DNA of 63,232 bases, filler included, from Sluysia triapertura (Eukaryota), in NCBI GenBank assembly GCA_046118255.1. It is 5 parts of 5 records of this genome, joined end to end, with 100 filler letters (N's around TTAATTAATTAA, not from the genome) between each part and the next. Parts side by side here need not be neighbours in the genome. Positions count along the whole stretch, not along the records: positions 36,845 to 51,225 come from JBJNIA010261508.1; positions 51,326 to 63,232 come from JBJNIA010157603.1; 3 more parts are not named here. One strand, written 5' to 3'. How positions within the stretch are numbered: position 1 is the stretch's first letter; the number at the start of each line of letters is the position of its first letter. Both the position numbers and the translations under genes were made by a program. The notes beneath the pieces were generated by a model. The model was given only the letters and a program-made list of their open reading frames with translations, was not told where the DNA came from and made no database searches. Below are positions 39,427 to 53,932 of the stretch, one piece after another.

Positions 39427-42400
39427 TAAAATGACAAATTTTGTATCGTTTTAAATTCGTTAATTGTTACAGGCCTTACGCCTATTTTGTTAAAGATAGT
39501 TAAATTAAAATTAAAGAGTTATTGTTTAATTAATGTTGTAAATAATTTTCATAAAAGATTGAAATTAAATAAAAATAATAATAAATTTTGTAAATTTAAG
39601 CAATTGTTGCTCTCCATACATACGTAATTTTTATTTTATTCAGATTTTAACAATCTATTTACTAGCTACTTATAGTTCATTTACTCTACCTAATATGATT
39701 GTACCAGGATGGATTCATTTTTTTCAATATTTATTATCTATTTCTATAATATTATCCATAATTTTGTATATTGTTATTTACCTTATCAAAACAAAGGGAA
39801 CTATTATTGAAGTTAGTATAAATATTGTTATTTTATTCTTTAATAAACATTAAATAACTTTATAATAAACAAAAAATAAGGTTAAATGATGGTGATTTTG
39901 TTTGTTATTATTAAATCAGTCAATATATTTTGTATGATGAAATTAGATATTAAGTTATCACAAACATTAAATTATATATGATTTATTTAAAATTAGTTTT
40001 GATTAAATTTGATTAAATTGCTTATCGTCAATCAAAATAGATTTTATTTGTACCATTATACAGTAATATTGTACATTGATTGAGCAAATAGCGATTGAGA
40101 AAGGAAAAACTTACGTAAAAGTAATTGCTAAAAAGGGAAAAGCAAACTGAGCTCTGTTTGGTTTTGAAAATGGTCCAGTTAAGCCTCAAGTAAAAAAATA
40201 CAAAGTATCAAAAGCAAAAAATACTGTAAATATAATTGCTTGTAACTTCAATCTCAATGTTAAAAAAGATGTTTGTCGTTTTGGACTAATATGTTAATAA
40301 CTATATGTTAACTATTAACTACCTATTAATAATTATAGTAATAGATAAACTAAAAATGATTATATAATAAGTCTTTAGTGGTTTCATGAATACGTGCTTT
40401 ATTATAATGTAAACTTCATTATTATTTATTATTATGAATCTTAAACTTCATTTAACTTTGAGAAACACCTTTTCTTAAAAAAGAAAAAATACAATTAAAT
40501 ACAAGTTTAAAAACTGAAGCAAGGGCTGCTACAAATTAATAGTTTTAAAAATGAAGAAATTACAGTAAAATAATAGTTATTTGTGAAAAGCAATTTGCTC
40601 TGTATTTTATCCTTCAATATATCTGGGTAAAATAAATAAAATATTAATTTAAGTTGAATTTTAAGATATTGGCTTCTTTAGATAAAGTTAATATCAACTT
40701 AATAAAAACAAATTACTTGAAGATCCAAGGAATGATAAGCAATTGTCGTCGATTACCAATTTTGTGGTTTGCAAATGGTGTTGATTAAACAATGACGCTG
40801 TTCCAAAATGAAGTCGATTTAAAATTGCGTTAATTGCAAATGGCTGCGGACTAAAATTTAAAATTGGGTTGTTTACTAACTGCTTTGTTTAACAATAGTG
40901 ATTTACAAATGGCAATTTTCATTGTGTCGATGCTAGCTTATATACTAGTCATTGTCCAATGAAAATCGATGTAATGTTCTAAAATATTCTATAACATTCT
41001 AGAAGCTTCTATTATATTTTTAGAAGCTAATTTTCTTTTTTGGAAAATAATTGTTTTTTAAAGTAATTTTAAAGATTAATAAATGGTTTTGAAACGTTTT
41101 CTATGATTTTAATTAATTTTTTGATAATTTTAAATATTCTAAAATAATTTTAAGGTGTCATCTTGATATCTTAAAATTATTTTGTTGGGTTATGATGACA
41201 ACCTAACAGAAATAAAAACTAATCTTAAAATCCGACAATATTTTATAGCATTTTGACATTTAGAAGAAACAAATTTAAATACTTTAACGAAAATTTTTTA
41301 AAATTTATTATAATTAAAAACAAATATTTTATTAATGTTTCAAGCTTTTTCAAAAATAATATACAAAACTATTTAAATTTAAAAGTTGTTCTGATAAAAT
41401 CGATTTAAATATCAAAAAAAAATAAAATATAACTGTATAAGTACACCAATATTATACAAATGAATAAGTCTAATTTTTGTTTTAATTCGCCATTTTTTTC
41501 CCAAATTACATCTTTTAAATTTAGGATAGTAATTATAATTTGTTTCTATAATTTACTTTAAATTTGAAATATATTAATAATAATGTATGATTTTAGAGTT
41601 TATTATTCTGCATATTTTCATAAAAAGTCTATTTTTTTAATAAATCATATCATATTTGCGTTTGATTCATTTTTGTAAATGTATAATAATATTTTGTGTT
41701 AATTATTTGCAAAAAAATTTTTTAACAAATTCGTTTAATAATATTTAAAAAAATAATAGATGCTGGTCCTCTCACTCTGGACATCAGTTTCTTTTGCGCG
41801 AAAAAAATAAGAGATGATGTTTGCACAAGAATAAAAAATGTGAATGTGAGTAGACCAACGTATCTAGTCTTACCAGTCAGGGCTAGCCGCTGGATATAAA
41901 AGAAGTAGTAACGTGTAATTATTGGAGGTTATTCTAAAATGTCCTTCCTTCTAGTAATACTTCTTATGTAAACAATTATTTCAGCTAAAAGTATCACGAA
42001 AATTGATGAGACTTTAAATTTGTTACGGTTTAGTTTGATATGAGATTTTAATTTATTTCTGGGCATTTTAAATAGTAACTTAAGATCCTCATTAAAATAC
42101 TTTCGCAAATTTTTAACGTTTTACGCATAAAGTTTAATTCATACATTTCTTTTAAGATTTCAGATAGAGAATATTTATCTGAGTGTATAAATTGATATTT
42201 CTTGATTGAACTAAATTTATATCTTGAAACTTTGTCCTATTTATGTTTATTTTTAATTACCATTTCTAATTGTGCATTTGGTTGCTATTTCGTTTCAGTA
42301 ATTTTGTTAAAAATATTAAAAGGTACATTATTATTGTGTGAGTTTTCTGATAAGTTAGTGATTAATCGCGAAATAAAGAATATTAACAGTCTTTTCCATT

Positions 42401-45400
42401 TAGATAACGAATATGACGATAAATAAAGTACTACTATATGCATTACACATTAACTATCTCTATAGAGATCAGCTATGATAAGGAATTAAGTTTGTAGATA
42501 ATTCGTTTAAAGTAAGTTTGTATTAAAAGTAAGATATATGTACGGAAAAGAACTAAACAATATTATTTTAAAGTCAGAAGTTAAACTAGCTACACTGCAA
42601 AAATATTACTCGTGTAAGAAAGATAAGTTTTAGGAAAGTACTTTGTCCCATGCAAATTATCATAATTATAGCTACGCCTAGTGGATGTTTTAAGTCATAT
42701 TATTTTGCTGATTGTTAGATCTCAGTGAATTAATCAGAGATACTACTATTATTCTAGAATAATCTATTATTTTCTTTTATGGAAAGTTATTTTTTATTTT
42801 TAGAAACACATTTTCTACGTTCGAAAAATTAATTTATTTTTTAGAATTATTTAAAAATTAAGGGTTTAATAAAGATGTTGAGTTGACATACAACTGCCCT
42901 AATAAAACATCTTAGGATTTCTTCAAAATGTTGCACAAATATATAATATTTTAATTTAGATTCATTTCAAAAATCACTATATTTTTCGAATTTTCCAAAT
43001 TAGAAACATAAAATTCTAACAATGCATTTGTAATTCGAAAAGATAGTAAAATCTAGCGTTTCTTTATTGGTAGTTTATGTGCCACCATGGATATTTGAGG
43101 TATTAAAATATTAATAACTTAATTTTTAGATAAATTAAACAAAATAATTTAAAAAATTTATCAAAACTAGATGACCTTCAAAGTTATTTAAATGGAAAGG
43201 TTTCTAAGCAATATTGAAGAAGATAAAAAATAAACAAATAACCGTTATTGTAATTTTTCGTGAATGAAATAAATTCATCTAGTCTTTTGACTAGATGAAG
43301 ATTTAAGGAACCACATTTGTAAATATAAATATTTATGAAAATAAAAACATTACACTTGCATTGCAATATTAAAATATCCACGAACACCAATTTCATAATT
43401 CAAAACTATCAAAACATGTTTAAAAATATCCATAAAGATATTTTCCTTCGCATCAAAAAGGGCTGAGAAACATCACTAAACAATAACGTGAAAGTTGGAA
43501 AAATTAGCAAACGAACACAAAGGAAGAAGACAAGAATCTATCACACTTAATTTTCATCCAAAAATCATAGTGGATCAAACGCAGATACCAATAAAACGTG
43601 GAGAATTCGGAAAAATAAATCCCAGCAGAAACAATCATATAGTAACCACCAAGTCGGATATAACTGAATAATTACAGAGTTGATATCACAATATGAATTA
43701 TAATATAATGAATTATAATATAACTTTTATAATTATAATATGAATTATAATATAACTTTTATTGTATTTCCATAATATAATTTAATCTGTAGTTCATTCT
43801 TTTATTTGAAGAAAGGGAATTAAGATCTTGAATTCATAATAAAAACTAGGGCTTGAAATTGCACTTCATAACTCTGCCAATCAAGAGAAGAGTCAAAAGA
43901 ACTCACGATAATACATAGTTTGTAATTTTTGCAATTCACGATAACATTGATACCAATTGAGTAAATATAAAAAATTTTCAAATTTCAGTAAAACAATATG
44001 TCTAAATTTCTAAATTATTTTACAATTACAAATTTAAATAGTACTTTACATAGAAATTGAATTACGTTATTTGTATTTCAGCGATTTAAAAACATAGTAT
44101 GTGAAAACTGGACAGGACCAGTATGGGTACCGGAAAACAAAGCTGATTATGATGAATTATCGCTGTATAAATCTGGCAAACCAATTGGAAGTGTATTTAG
44201 ATTCAGTAACTCAATTAGTTAAACTTAATTAGAATGTTTTTTGGGTATCGTAATATTTAATTTTATTTGTTTTATTTAATTAAAATAAGTCAAATTTTCT
44301 TATTATGTTTTAGTTATCGTGTATGAAAATAATAAAAAATCATAAAATCAGTGATTTCAATAATCAAAAGAAAGGCTCATTATAATAGATCTACCTTCTA
44401 GTCGTCATGTCAGGCCAGATGAAGGTAAATCAAAATTAAAAATTATTTAAACAATCTTAGGAAACTTTAATAATAATAATAATAATATATCAATTTATAT
44501 TGGGCTAATATTTACAATAAAGCGCTTAAAATAAATTATTTATTATAATATTTCTGAAGTAGAAAGAGTATTCGTAATATTCTCTTGTAGGTGGTTGTAC
44601 ATTTTTGAAATATATATATAACCGATAACATATCTTATTATCATTGTTCATTCTGTGCAAATTGTTATTCATTTTGGTTTCCAAAGTTTTATTATTTCTA
44701 AGAAATATTCAGAACTTCCCTAATGTAAAATTATAATTTATAAATTATTGTCATGATTTTGTTTTTATTGGTAACCAATGTATTTCTTTAAGATAAGGTG
44801 TTTTACGAAATCCTTTTCTTATTTTGATATATTATTCTAAGTTAAAAATGTATTATGAGTTTTTTAACATAAATTCGTTCGGAATTGTCTAATATTATAC
44901 TGTTTTATTTTTGGAAAATAATTATTAATTTATATTACAATTTTTAATTGGAGTCAGAATGGGTAAAAATGTACAAAAAGATCAAAAATAATAAAGAATA
45001 AAGACAGTTTTAATTAAAAAATTTTATTTTAATGTTGTATAAAATAAGACAGAGGGTTTTACTATCTCATAACTCGCTGTTTTATGATCTTATTAGTGTG
45101 AAACTCTGTAGAATTTTACACTTATAAATTTCAAAATTAAATATGATTACTATGCTAGTCTAACAAAATTTTAAAATTTTCGTTTTAGCTGTGAGGATTT
45201 GCAAAATCTATTTTTACTAAACATAATATTTAGTTTTTACTTCAAATGTAATGCAACAAACAACATTTTGAAGATTAATTTTATCCTTTTACCCAAGAAG
45301 TTTTGTCCTAAAGCAAAACAAAATTGTTTATAACAAAATATTAATAAATATTCAAAATTCCAGGATTACAAAGTACAAGTACTCAATGCACAAAAGACCA

Positions 45401-45910
45401 AAAACAATATTTAATGTAATATTAATAGATTAGGAGCTATTTCGTAATATATAAAGTTTGTGATTTTGTTGGACTTGGTTAAAGATGAAGTAGATATAGC
45501 TTATAGATATAGATATGAAGTGGTTATAGCTTATAGTATAATAATAAAGTAAATATTAGTAAGGAAATATGACAAAACTTTACGACAAATTGCGTTAATG
45601 GAATGTTTATGAATATTTGAATCAATATAAAAGAAAGATATGAAGAAATAATCCTTTATAAGGCCTTACTTGTAAAATGTAAAAGTACATTTATTAATTA
45701 ATTTAATTAAAAATTGTTTAATTTAATAATTTCGTGAAAAATGTTTGCACATAATAAAATAACATTAGAATTAGTGCGTAATGTTAGACATATTATTGAA
45801 ATCGATGTGCAACTTACGGCTGACTCATGACGTAATATATAAAAAACTTATATAGAAAAGAAATTGAATATAGTAATTGAATAGCAAAATATTAGTTTAA
45901 TAATATTAAT

Positions 45911-46891
45911 AATAATATTAATATTAATATTAATAATATTAGTTTAATGATATTAAAATTTGATTCCGTCATAAGATAAAGTGATGGTTCGTCATAAATC
46001 CCGTTATCTTTGGGTAATTCCAGGAGCTATAAAATTGGAAATCAACGAAAATTACTGTAGAAGTTTAATAATTGAAATTGGTCGGATTATGACCGACTAT
46101 AAAAAATGAAAAACATTATTTAAAGTAATTTCCTAAGCAATTACCCAACCAGTTTATAAGCGATCGCATTTTCGTAGTAATATTATAACAAAATATTTGG
46201 GCAGCCAGAAGACAAATATAAAGAAAATTAAGCTTCATTTTCATTAAGAGGCTGCCTCACATTTATGGAAATTATAGTGCTTCTATTATTGCGGTTAGTG
46301 ATTTACGTTGTTTATTATTTAAAAGAGGTGTTCAATATTTGTCTGTTGCGTCACCCCTGGATTTTTCTTTTATTGATCGATTGTATACGGACAGTGATTT
46401 ATAACTTTGAATTTATATATTGCTATTAAAGAATAATTGATAGTTTGTTTTTTTGTGATATTTAAAATATATTTAGATTACGTGGTAATTTCATTGTTGA
46501 GTTATCATTGAATATTTTGAATAGAGACACAACAATTTTACAGGCAATATATTTAATTCCTTTAACAATTTTTGAGGTTAAAAAGTCCACTTAAAAATTG
46601 TTCTAACTATAATAACTATAATAAATTATTATAGTTTCGAAATAAAATTTTATTTTCTCCTTGAGTAAATGTAAATAAAATGAAATTGTTATTTTAAATA
46701 ATTATTTTAACTCTAGAAATAGTTGTCGTTTTGAAAAAATAATTATAGTAATTGTTGAATCGTATTTATTTTGAAAAATAATTGTACATAATTATTAAAC
46801 ATAATTGTCTAATAATATTAATATTAATATTAATATTAATAATATTAGTTTAATGATATTAAAATTTGATTCCGTCATAAGATAAAGTGAT
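45911..46891. repeat. ~75-bp direct repeats (45911-45985 and 46817-46891) flanking ~830 bp
   Basis: AATATTAGTTTAATGATATTAAAATTTGATTCCGTCATAAGATAAAGTGAT is identical at both positions. Confidence 0.85.
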
Positions 46892-49633
46892 TAGTAGATT
46901 ATGAAGTAATTGTTTTAATGTAATAATAATTGCATAAATTATTGTATAAAAAGATCAACAAAAACAGAATCAAAACACAACAATAATCTCGACAACATGA
47001 TCATGATAATGTAATTATTTATAAATTGAAAGGTTTTAGATCGACGTGACAAATATTCTGGCGTACACCTAAACTATTTTTGGAAATAAATTTATATTCA
47101 AATGAAAGCCGTTGCGGGATTCCGTTTTTTCCATGAAATACGTAAATTTGTATTTTGTAAGGATTTTCTTTATTTGAAGTAAGGGTTAAACTTCACCTAA
47201 ATTCATTATTATTTTCTCCTACTTTAAAGATATCAACATCATTTTAAGTCTTAATAATCTAATATTAAGAGCAATTTTAATGTTAATACGACTGTGACTT
47301 TTAACTTTTCGTCCACGAACAATTATAAATATTATTTGTAGGTTCGCCTGTAATCTTGTGGTTAATATCCTTATGGAAGAGAGTTAGAGATTTTAGTCAA
47401 ATATCAAACAATTGGTTAAAGTAAAGTATTACGTTTCTTACGAATTGAATTTCTTTAAATCAATCTTTTAAATTTATTATTCGAGATTAATTATTTAATT
47501 AAATAATCTTTTTTGATTAATTATTTAATTAACTTTCTAAAAACCTTAACTCTTTCAAATGATTTTTAAAATTTTATTAGGTAAATATAGTAAAAATTCT
47601 TACAACAAATTAAATACAAAAATAGAATAACAAAATAAAATTAAAATTAAGGATATTTTCCTCAACTGTTTAAATAAATTTTAGAAATTGAGCCAGGAGG
47701 TATTCTTGGCAATTTAAGTCAGATTTTAAGTCTAACTAGAACAAAGTCAAACACTTAAAATAATTAACTTACGAAGACAGATTTTCTCATAAAAATAGTT
47801 CCAATACGGTAATTCGAAGAATGATAACAATTAAAAAAGGACTTCAACGCGATAAATATTGATTAAATCAAGAATAATTGAAGTCCCACAAACGAACGGG
47901 AAGAGTTGTCTTGTCCAAAAAGCTTCTAACTTTGTAAAAAGAGATTGACAGATTGACATGCTGGTATTTATATCATTCAGTTAGAGATAATAAAAATATT
48001 ATAAATATTTTTATAAATACAATAAAATAAGCATAAATATTTTTCTAGAGCACATTTAAAATTTCTGATTTTACTTATTTTATTAAATAGAATTTTTAAT
48101 AATTTAAAAATTTATGATTTTTTAATTTGACAATTAAAATATTAAATATTTATAATTAAAAATAAAATATAAATTTTTTAAATGTGCATTTAATACTAAT
48201 TTAATTTAATACATTAAATAGTAATATATTTAAATGTACATTTAATACAAATTGCTGTATTTTTATTTATATAGTGTTTGTACGAAAGTTTATTTAATTT
48301 GTTAATTTTATTAAAAAATCATTTGTCATTTATTTTATTAATTTGGAGAATTTGAGATGTAAGCTTAATCATTTAAAACGCTTATAAAATAAATGTACAG
48401 TTTTAGCACATACGTTGATATTTGATTGAGACCATCAGCATAAACTTTGTCAAGGCTTGCTTCTTAGGAAGTATAAAGCGTTTACTACAGGAAGTATTAC
48501 TTTCAGGAATTATTTTGCAAGACAAAACAGAGTATTAAGTAAACTATTACTAAATTTTATAAGAAAACACAAACTCTCTAATATTTGAATCATTATTGTC
48601 AAAAGAGTAAAATAAAAGCAATATTAAGATAACTGATTTTGACTCGTTCTAATCTTAAATCAATTTGGTTTGTTTATTATTCTCTTATAGAATAAACTGT
48701 AAAATAAAATTATAGTTTTATAGTTTTGGTATAGTTTTACCACAATAATACTAAAATAATGTGTATCATTTGTAGGCAATGAAAACTAAAACTAGATTGT
48801 ACAAAATTAATATTAACTGAATTAAAAAATAAGAGTTGCAGAAAGCCATACGTAACAATATAATTGTCAGAGCAAGAGACATGCCTACCTTAGGTTTTAA
48901 GACATGGATTCTAGCTGAACCCTTTAAATAAGCTTATTTTTGTTAGAGTTAAGTAAGAAAACTTGAGCAATTGTTTGGAGTTATTATTGAATTATTAATG
49001 TTATTTTATTATCAATAGGGAATAATGTTCCATCAAAAGGAAACTTCTGTAATGAAATCACATTAAGCGAAATAAGTTAAATAAGTTAAATCTTAGAGAG
49101 TAAGTCTCTCACTCAATTTAGAAAAGATCAAATATATTTATGATATTTATGATCAAATATATTTATATTTTGAGAAAACATAGCTTTATCTTCATTACGT
49201 ATTGTCAATTCTTTAATCCAACAAGAATTCATTTTCAAAGTTTTTTTAAAAATTATTTAATAATTATAAAGTAATTAGTTAATAAACTTAAATTTGTAAT
49301 GTATAATCTAGTTTTTGTAAGTTAATTTATTGTCAAAGTCATCATTTGTCATTTTGTGTTCTTCCTCATCTTATATTATCATTTTATGATTTTGTGACAT
49401 TTTATAATTTGGTTATTCGATATTTTAAAATTCAATTATCTTTAATAAAATAATATTTGTAAATTAATTATAATAAAAACTTTACACTTTATAAATTTTA
49501 ATAAATAATTGTATATTAATAAAAATAATAATAAAAATTGCTGTTTACCTTAGAAACTATTATTTATTATCATATTTATGTATGTTAGAAACTATTGTAT
49601 TATATATACAATAGTATTATGTATATTAGAAAC

Positions 49634-49865
49634 TGTTCGATTTCTTCTTGAAAATCAACAATTATGAAAAATTTTATTATGATAGGGTCCGTTTGTATAT
49701 TGCGATTTATGTCTGGACGAGGACGCAATTACAGATATGTTAGCAAAACTAATTTAAAGCTTTTCTTAAAAATCAAACGGAGGGTCACTAATTTTCTTAC
49801 AATTAACGCTATTTAATCAGAACTTTATAAAATCAACTGAGCTCTAAAATTATTTAATTTTTTAA
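49634..49865 (-). repeat. ~230-bp dispersed repeat, copy 2 (inverted relative to 6352-6580)
   Basis: Collinear reverse-complement match to 6352-6580 with scattered substitutions. Confidence 0.9.
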
Positions 49866-49920
49866 TTAAGTTTGATAACATCCTTATACACGGAATAATA
49901 AAGATAACTCTATTTACAAC

Positions 49921-50852
49921 TTAAACAGGGGAATGAATGAAGTTTCTTGACCAAAAAGTATTAAATGTTGGTTCATGAATTAGAGTAATATCAATTAAAA
50001 AATCAATTCGATTACATTTCAGAACATTCTTTTCATTAGATTTAGGAAAAATGAATTTTTGACATTCTTCTCCTGTCATATAACGAATTAATGCCTCGGT
50101 AATACGTGTTTTTGGAGACGAAACAGAAGTCACTTGAGGACATTCCGGGATTATATTTCCCGTAACATTTTTGTGGCAATACTGACTTTCTGGAAATACC
50201 ACTATCCATTTACGTTGAAAATCAGAAAAACAGTATTCGCAAAAAGTAGATATTTCATCTTCTGATTCAAATTCACCTTTTACACCATCCCAATCACTAC
50301 CTTGTTCTAACAATTCTTGGAATAGATTTTCCAACATTTTCTGCAACACTTGACTCGCCAAATTAATAAAGGCTTCTTCGACATTTTTCCCAGTCAAAGT
50401 TAATGTTTCTATATACATTGTGCTGTCTCCTATTGTGTCGGTGGCAAAATATCGACCTTCTCGAGCAAATATTTGCATACTGAATTTTTGTGTACTTTTG
50501 CCTCCTTCATGAGTGCTTTCCGTGGATGCTCCTGTTGCCACCTCATTCATTTTGTCATTAATTTCTCCATTACACCCATTAGTTTGGCAACATTTTTTAA
50601 AACTTCTGTAACCAAATCTTTTGAATCACACTTAGATATGTCACTCTCGTCACTACTACAATGTTTAAAAGTACCAGCAACACAATTAGAATTGCAGGAT
50701 CTAGCAACAGTTTCTGCATTATTTTGCAATTGTACAACAGATGCACAAAATTGACTATCCTTATCGCATTCTTGAAGCTTTTGCGATTTTTCACAATTAG
50801 AACACTGATAGCATTGCAATCCAAAACTAAGGTGTATTGTAACAGACAAAAC
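49921..50852 (-). CDS. chimeric exon: Ly6/uPAR three-finger domain + Rab39-like C-terminal fragment + Cys-containing tail (one frameshift at ~50595)
   Basis: The exon follows a TTTTCTAG acceptor. GLQCYQCSNC...C...C...RSCNSNC continues in the -1 frame as KKCCQTNGCN (the LU terminal motif), in frame with the 209-aa ORF. That ORF contains REGRYFA...YIETLTLTGKNVEEAFINLA...WDGVKG (50475-50275), typical of the Rab39 G5/helix 5/GWEGVK region. Confidence 0.7.
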
Positions 50853-51940
50853 CTAGAAAAATATTGGTAGTTTCATTTCAAATTTCTTAGCAAATTTCAA
50901 TTTAGTCAATATATATTGTATTAAAAAGAGTATTAAAAAAACAAAAAAATAGAAAGATAGATTGACAATAAAAATAAACGAAAAAAATAATAGGAATAAG
51001 GAAATAATAATAATTATGTGAATATTATGTTTATTAATGCAGAAATATTTATGTTGGAATTTATTATGAAATTTTATTATGAAAAGTATTATAAAAGTTA
51101 TTATTTGGTATTTATATTATATAACAATAATGACTATAATTATTACACATATTTTAATGTGATCTGAATCGTAATAATAATAGCGATAGTTCATGATAAT
51201 TAGATGTGATGGTCATGTTTGTTTTNNNNNNNNNNNNNNNNNNNNNNNNNNNNNNNNNNNNNNNNNNNNTTAATTAATTAANNNNNNNNNNNNNNNNNNN
51301 NNNNNNNNNNNNNNNNNNNNNNNNNACAGGACGTAATTCTACAGCCAATCAGCCCCGTCTAAAATTTTATTTTATTGTAGTTAATTACACTATCATTATT
51401 CTATGGCACTTTAAGCCTTTCATCAAGTCATAACCAGCTCTCTGACATTCGCATTGACAGTTTTATTCTAAGTGCGATTGATTCATTATCTTTGATATCT
51501 CAAGCATCTTTCATTTTATCACACATTCAAGAAGTAACTTAGAACTTTCTTATATCTACATTGCAATGACCGACAATATTCTCGCCAGTTAAGCTCATTT
51601 CTATTAACGTCACAATAACTATTATTAATCAATGCAGTTAACTTTTACAAGCAAAGCTACTTTTATTACCTTCTTCTTTCATCATAATCATGTTTACTCC
51701 TACATTATGAAAATATAATAACGATAAAATTTTTAATAATAATTGTGGGTGTTGTTGCATTTAAGTTGTTATAGAACTAAATTTAATAAATCTGCGATGG
51801 AATATAAAGTTTGAATAAGCGCCATTATCATCACAAAATTTATACCGAATGGCGAGTTTAAATCAATGATATTCATATTAGTTAAGAGTATTTAAATCAT
51901 ATTGACTAAACGTTTTCATATCGATACAATTTGATATTAG

Positions 51941-52184
51941 CCGTTCGAGTCCGGCTTGTCGTATGTCAAAAATACGGCGCAGCCCGATAGCGCTTTTCTT
52001 GTTTTGTATCGATATTAGTATACTTTACGCACTTTTGTAATTTGTGAAAATAAAAAATAATTTTTTGATCAAAATTATTTTTTACATAACAATTAGTGTT
52101 CATTGTTTACACCCCCCAAAATACTACTCATTTCATGCCGGACTTTTAGCATATGCATAAGAAAATTCTCCCGCACTCAAACGG
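51941..52184. mobile_element. 244-bp piggyBac-type MITE
   Basis: TIR CCGTTCGAGTCCGG / CCGCACTCAAACGG (12/14), flanked by TTAG and TTAA. Confidence 0.65.
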
Positions 52185-53932
52185 TTAAGATTTTATACAT
52201 TTTGTTATTATCGTTACAGAGTGATTAACTTTCATTAGTTGTTTAATTAACACAATGAAATTGCTGCAATTCAAGTCGCTATTGTATTTATTTTTCAAAC
52301 AAATTATACCCATAAATAATTCGAATAAATTCTGACTTTTCTTCATTGATTTTCAAGTATTTATTTCCAAACCATTTTATCAATAAGATTCTATAAGTAA
52401 ATAAGATTCTATATGTAATTACAATTTATAAGTACTAAGTTTGGATAGAAATAATATGAAATTAAAATTTAAGAGCTGATATTAGATCAAAATCACATTA
52501 AGTTAAGATTACGTAAAAATAATGAAATTAAAATTTAAAAACATTATGATCGATATAAATTATTTTAAAATTAGATTCTGTTAACAATATGAAAACGTTG
52601 TATTTAAAATTGACGTAATACAAAATCGTTTAATTTTCACCATAATAATCATAAAATAAAATCATTTTAAAATGAAATTTAAGCTAAAAAAACAAAATCA
52701 TAGTTTTCATATCTTCTTATTATTATTAGTTTTATTACTTTGATTAATTTTATATGAACGATTATTATTATATAATTTTATGAGATATAAACGACTAGTA
52801 TTATAATTTTATTACTGACTATTAATACAAACGATTAGTATTATTGAATGTAATATAATTTCTATTACAGACTATTAATATATAAACGATTATAATTATT
52901 GAATTTTATTACTTTAATTTTACAAAGTAATATACAAACGATTATCACTATTGAATGTAACAGATTAATTTTATTAGCCAAAAAATAGATATAAATAGAC
53001 GGTTGAGGAATATAAAAATCACAACAATATTTTAAAATCTCATTGCGGTTGTAAACCTCAACAAATATTGTGGTTATTGTTCGAGATTATTCGCTGATTA
53101 CATTGTGGTTATTGAATGAGATTAATCACTGATTATATTGCGGTTATTATTGAAGAAAGGTTTATAATTTTTAACTAAGGTAAATATTTTGTTAAGTATT
53201 TTTTGGTTTAACCTATTAAAGTATAATAAAGTTTTAATATTCATTTGTAAAGTTAATCATACTGTTTAAATAAAATTTAGTGACTCTTTTATTCATATTA
53301 AAATGGATTGAAAAATAGAGCTTATAAAATAAAACAAAGTAAAGCTTTACCAAGTAAAGAGATGGTCGAATACGATTCATAAATTAAATAAATTAAATAA
53401 AGCCCAATTGACTCTAGGTAAAATAGAAATTGAAATCAAGAAAACTTATAAGATAAATTATTTGTCAAGCACTTCTATCTCGAATAACTGAGACGAGTAT
53501 ACGACCATAAACGATAAATACTTTTGATTGAGTTAAATTTTAAATAAAGTAGGTGAATTAGTGAATCATTATTAATTGTAACGATATAACTAAAAGAACT
53601 CAACGTAGAATAACCCGCTAAAAACATATTTATTCAAAAAATTAAAGTTAACTAATAAAATAATATTTACAAAGTTTTTAAAGTTGCATTGTTCATAAAA
53701 GTTTTGACACGACTTGAACCACCACAAATAATAATAATAATTATTATTATTAATAGTTATAGTTAATACATATATAGTTACAAGAACGCCCTCTTTACGA
53801 CATAAGATATTCACTGTTACCGGACCCTGCTCAATTTTATTTTGCCGTAGGTTGGTAAGAAAACTGTTGGGGTGCAAGCCATTTAGAATAATGATAGTAT
53901 AATTGACTATAATAAAATAAAATTGTTAGACG

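Noticed and set aside
44388-44431. Hairpin GATCTACCTTC...GAAGGTAAATC
   Set aside because: It overlaps a plausible exon end (IDLPSSRHVRPDE|GTAAAT) and the stem is short; there is no ribozyme or SECIS core.
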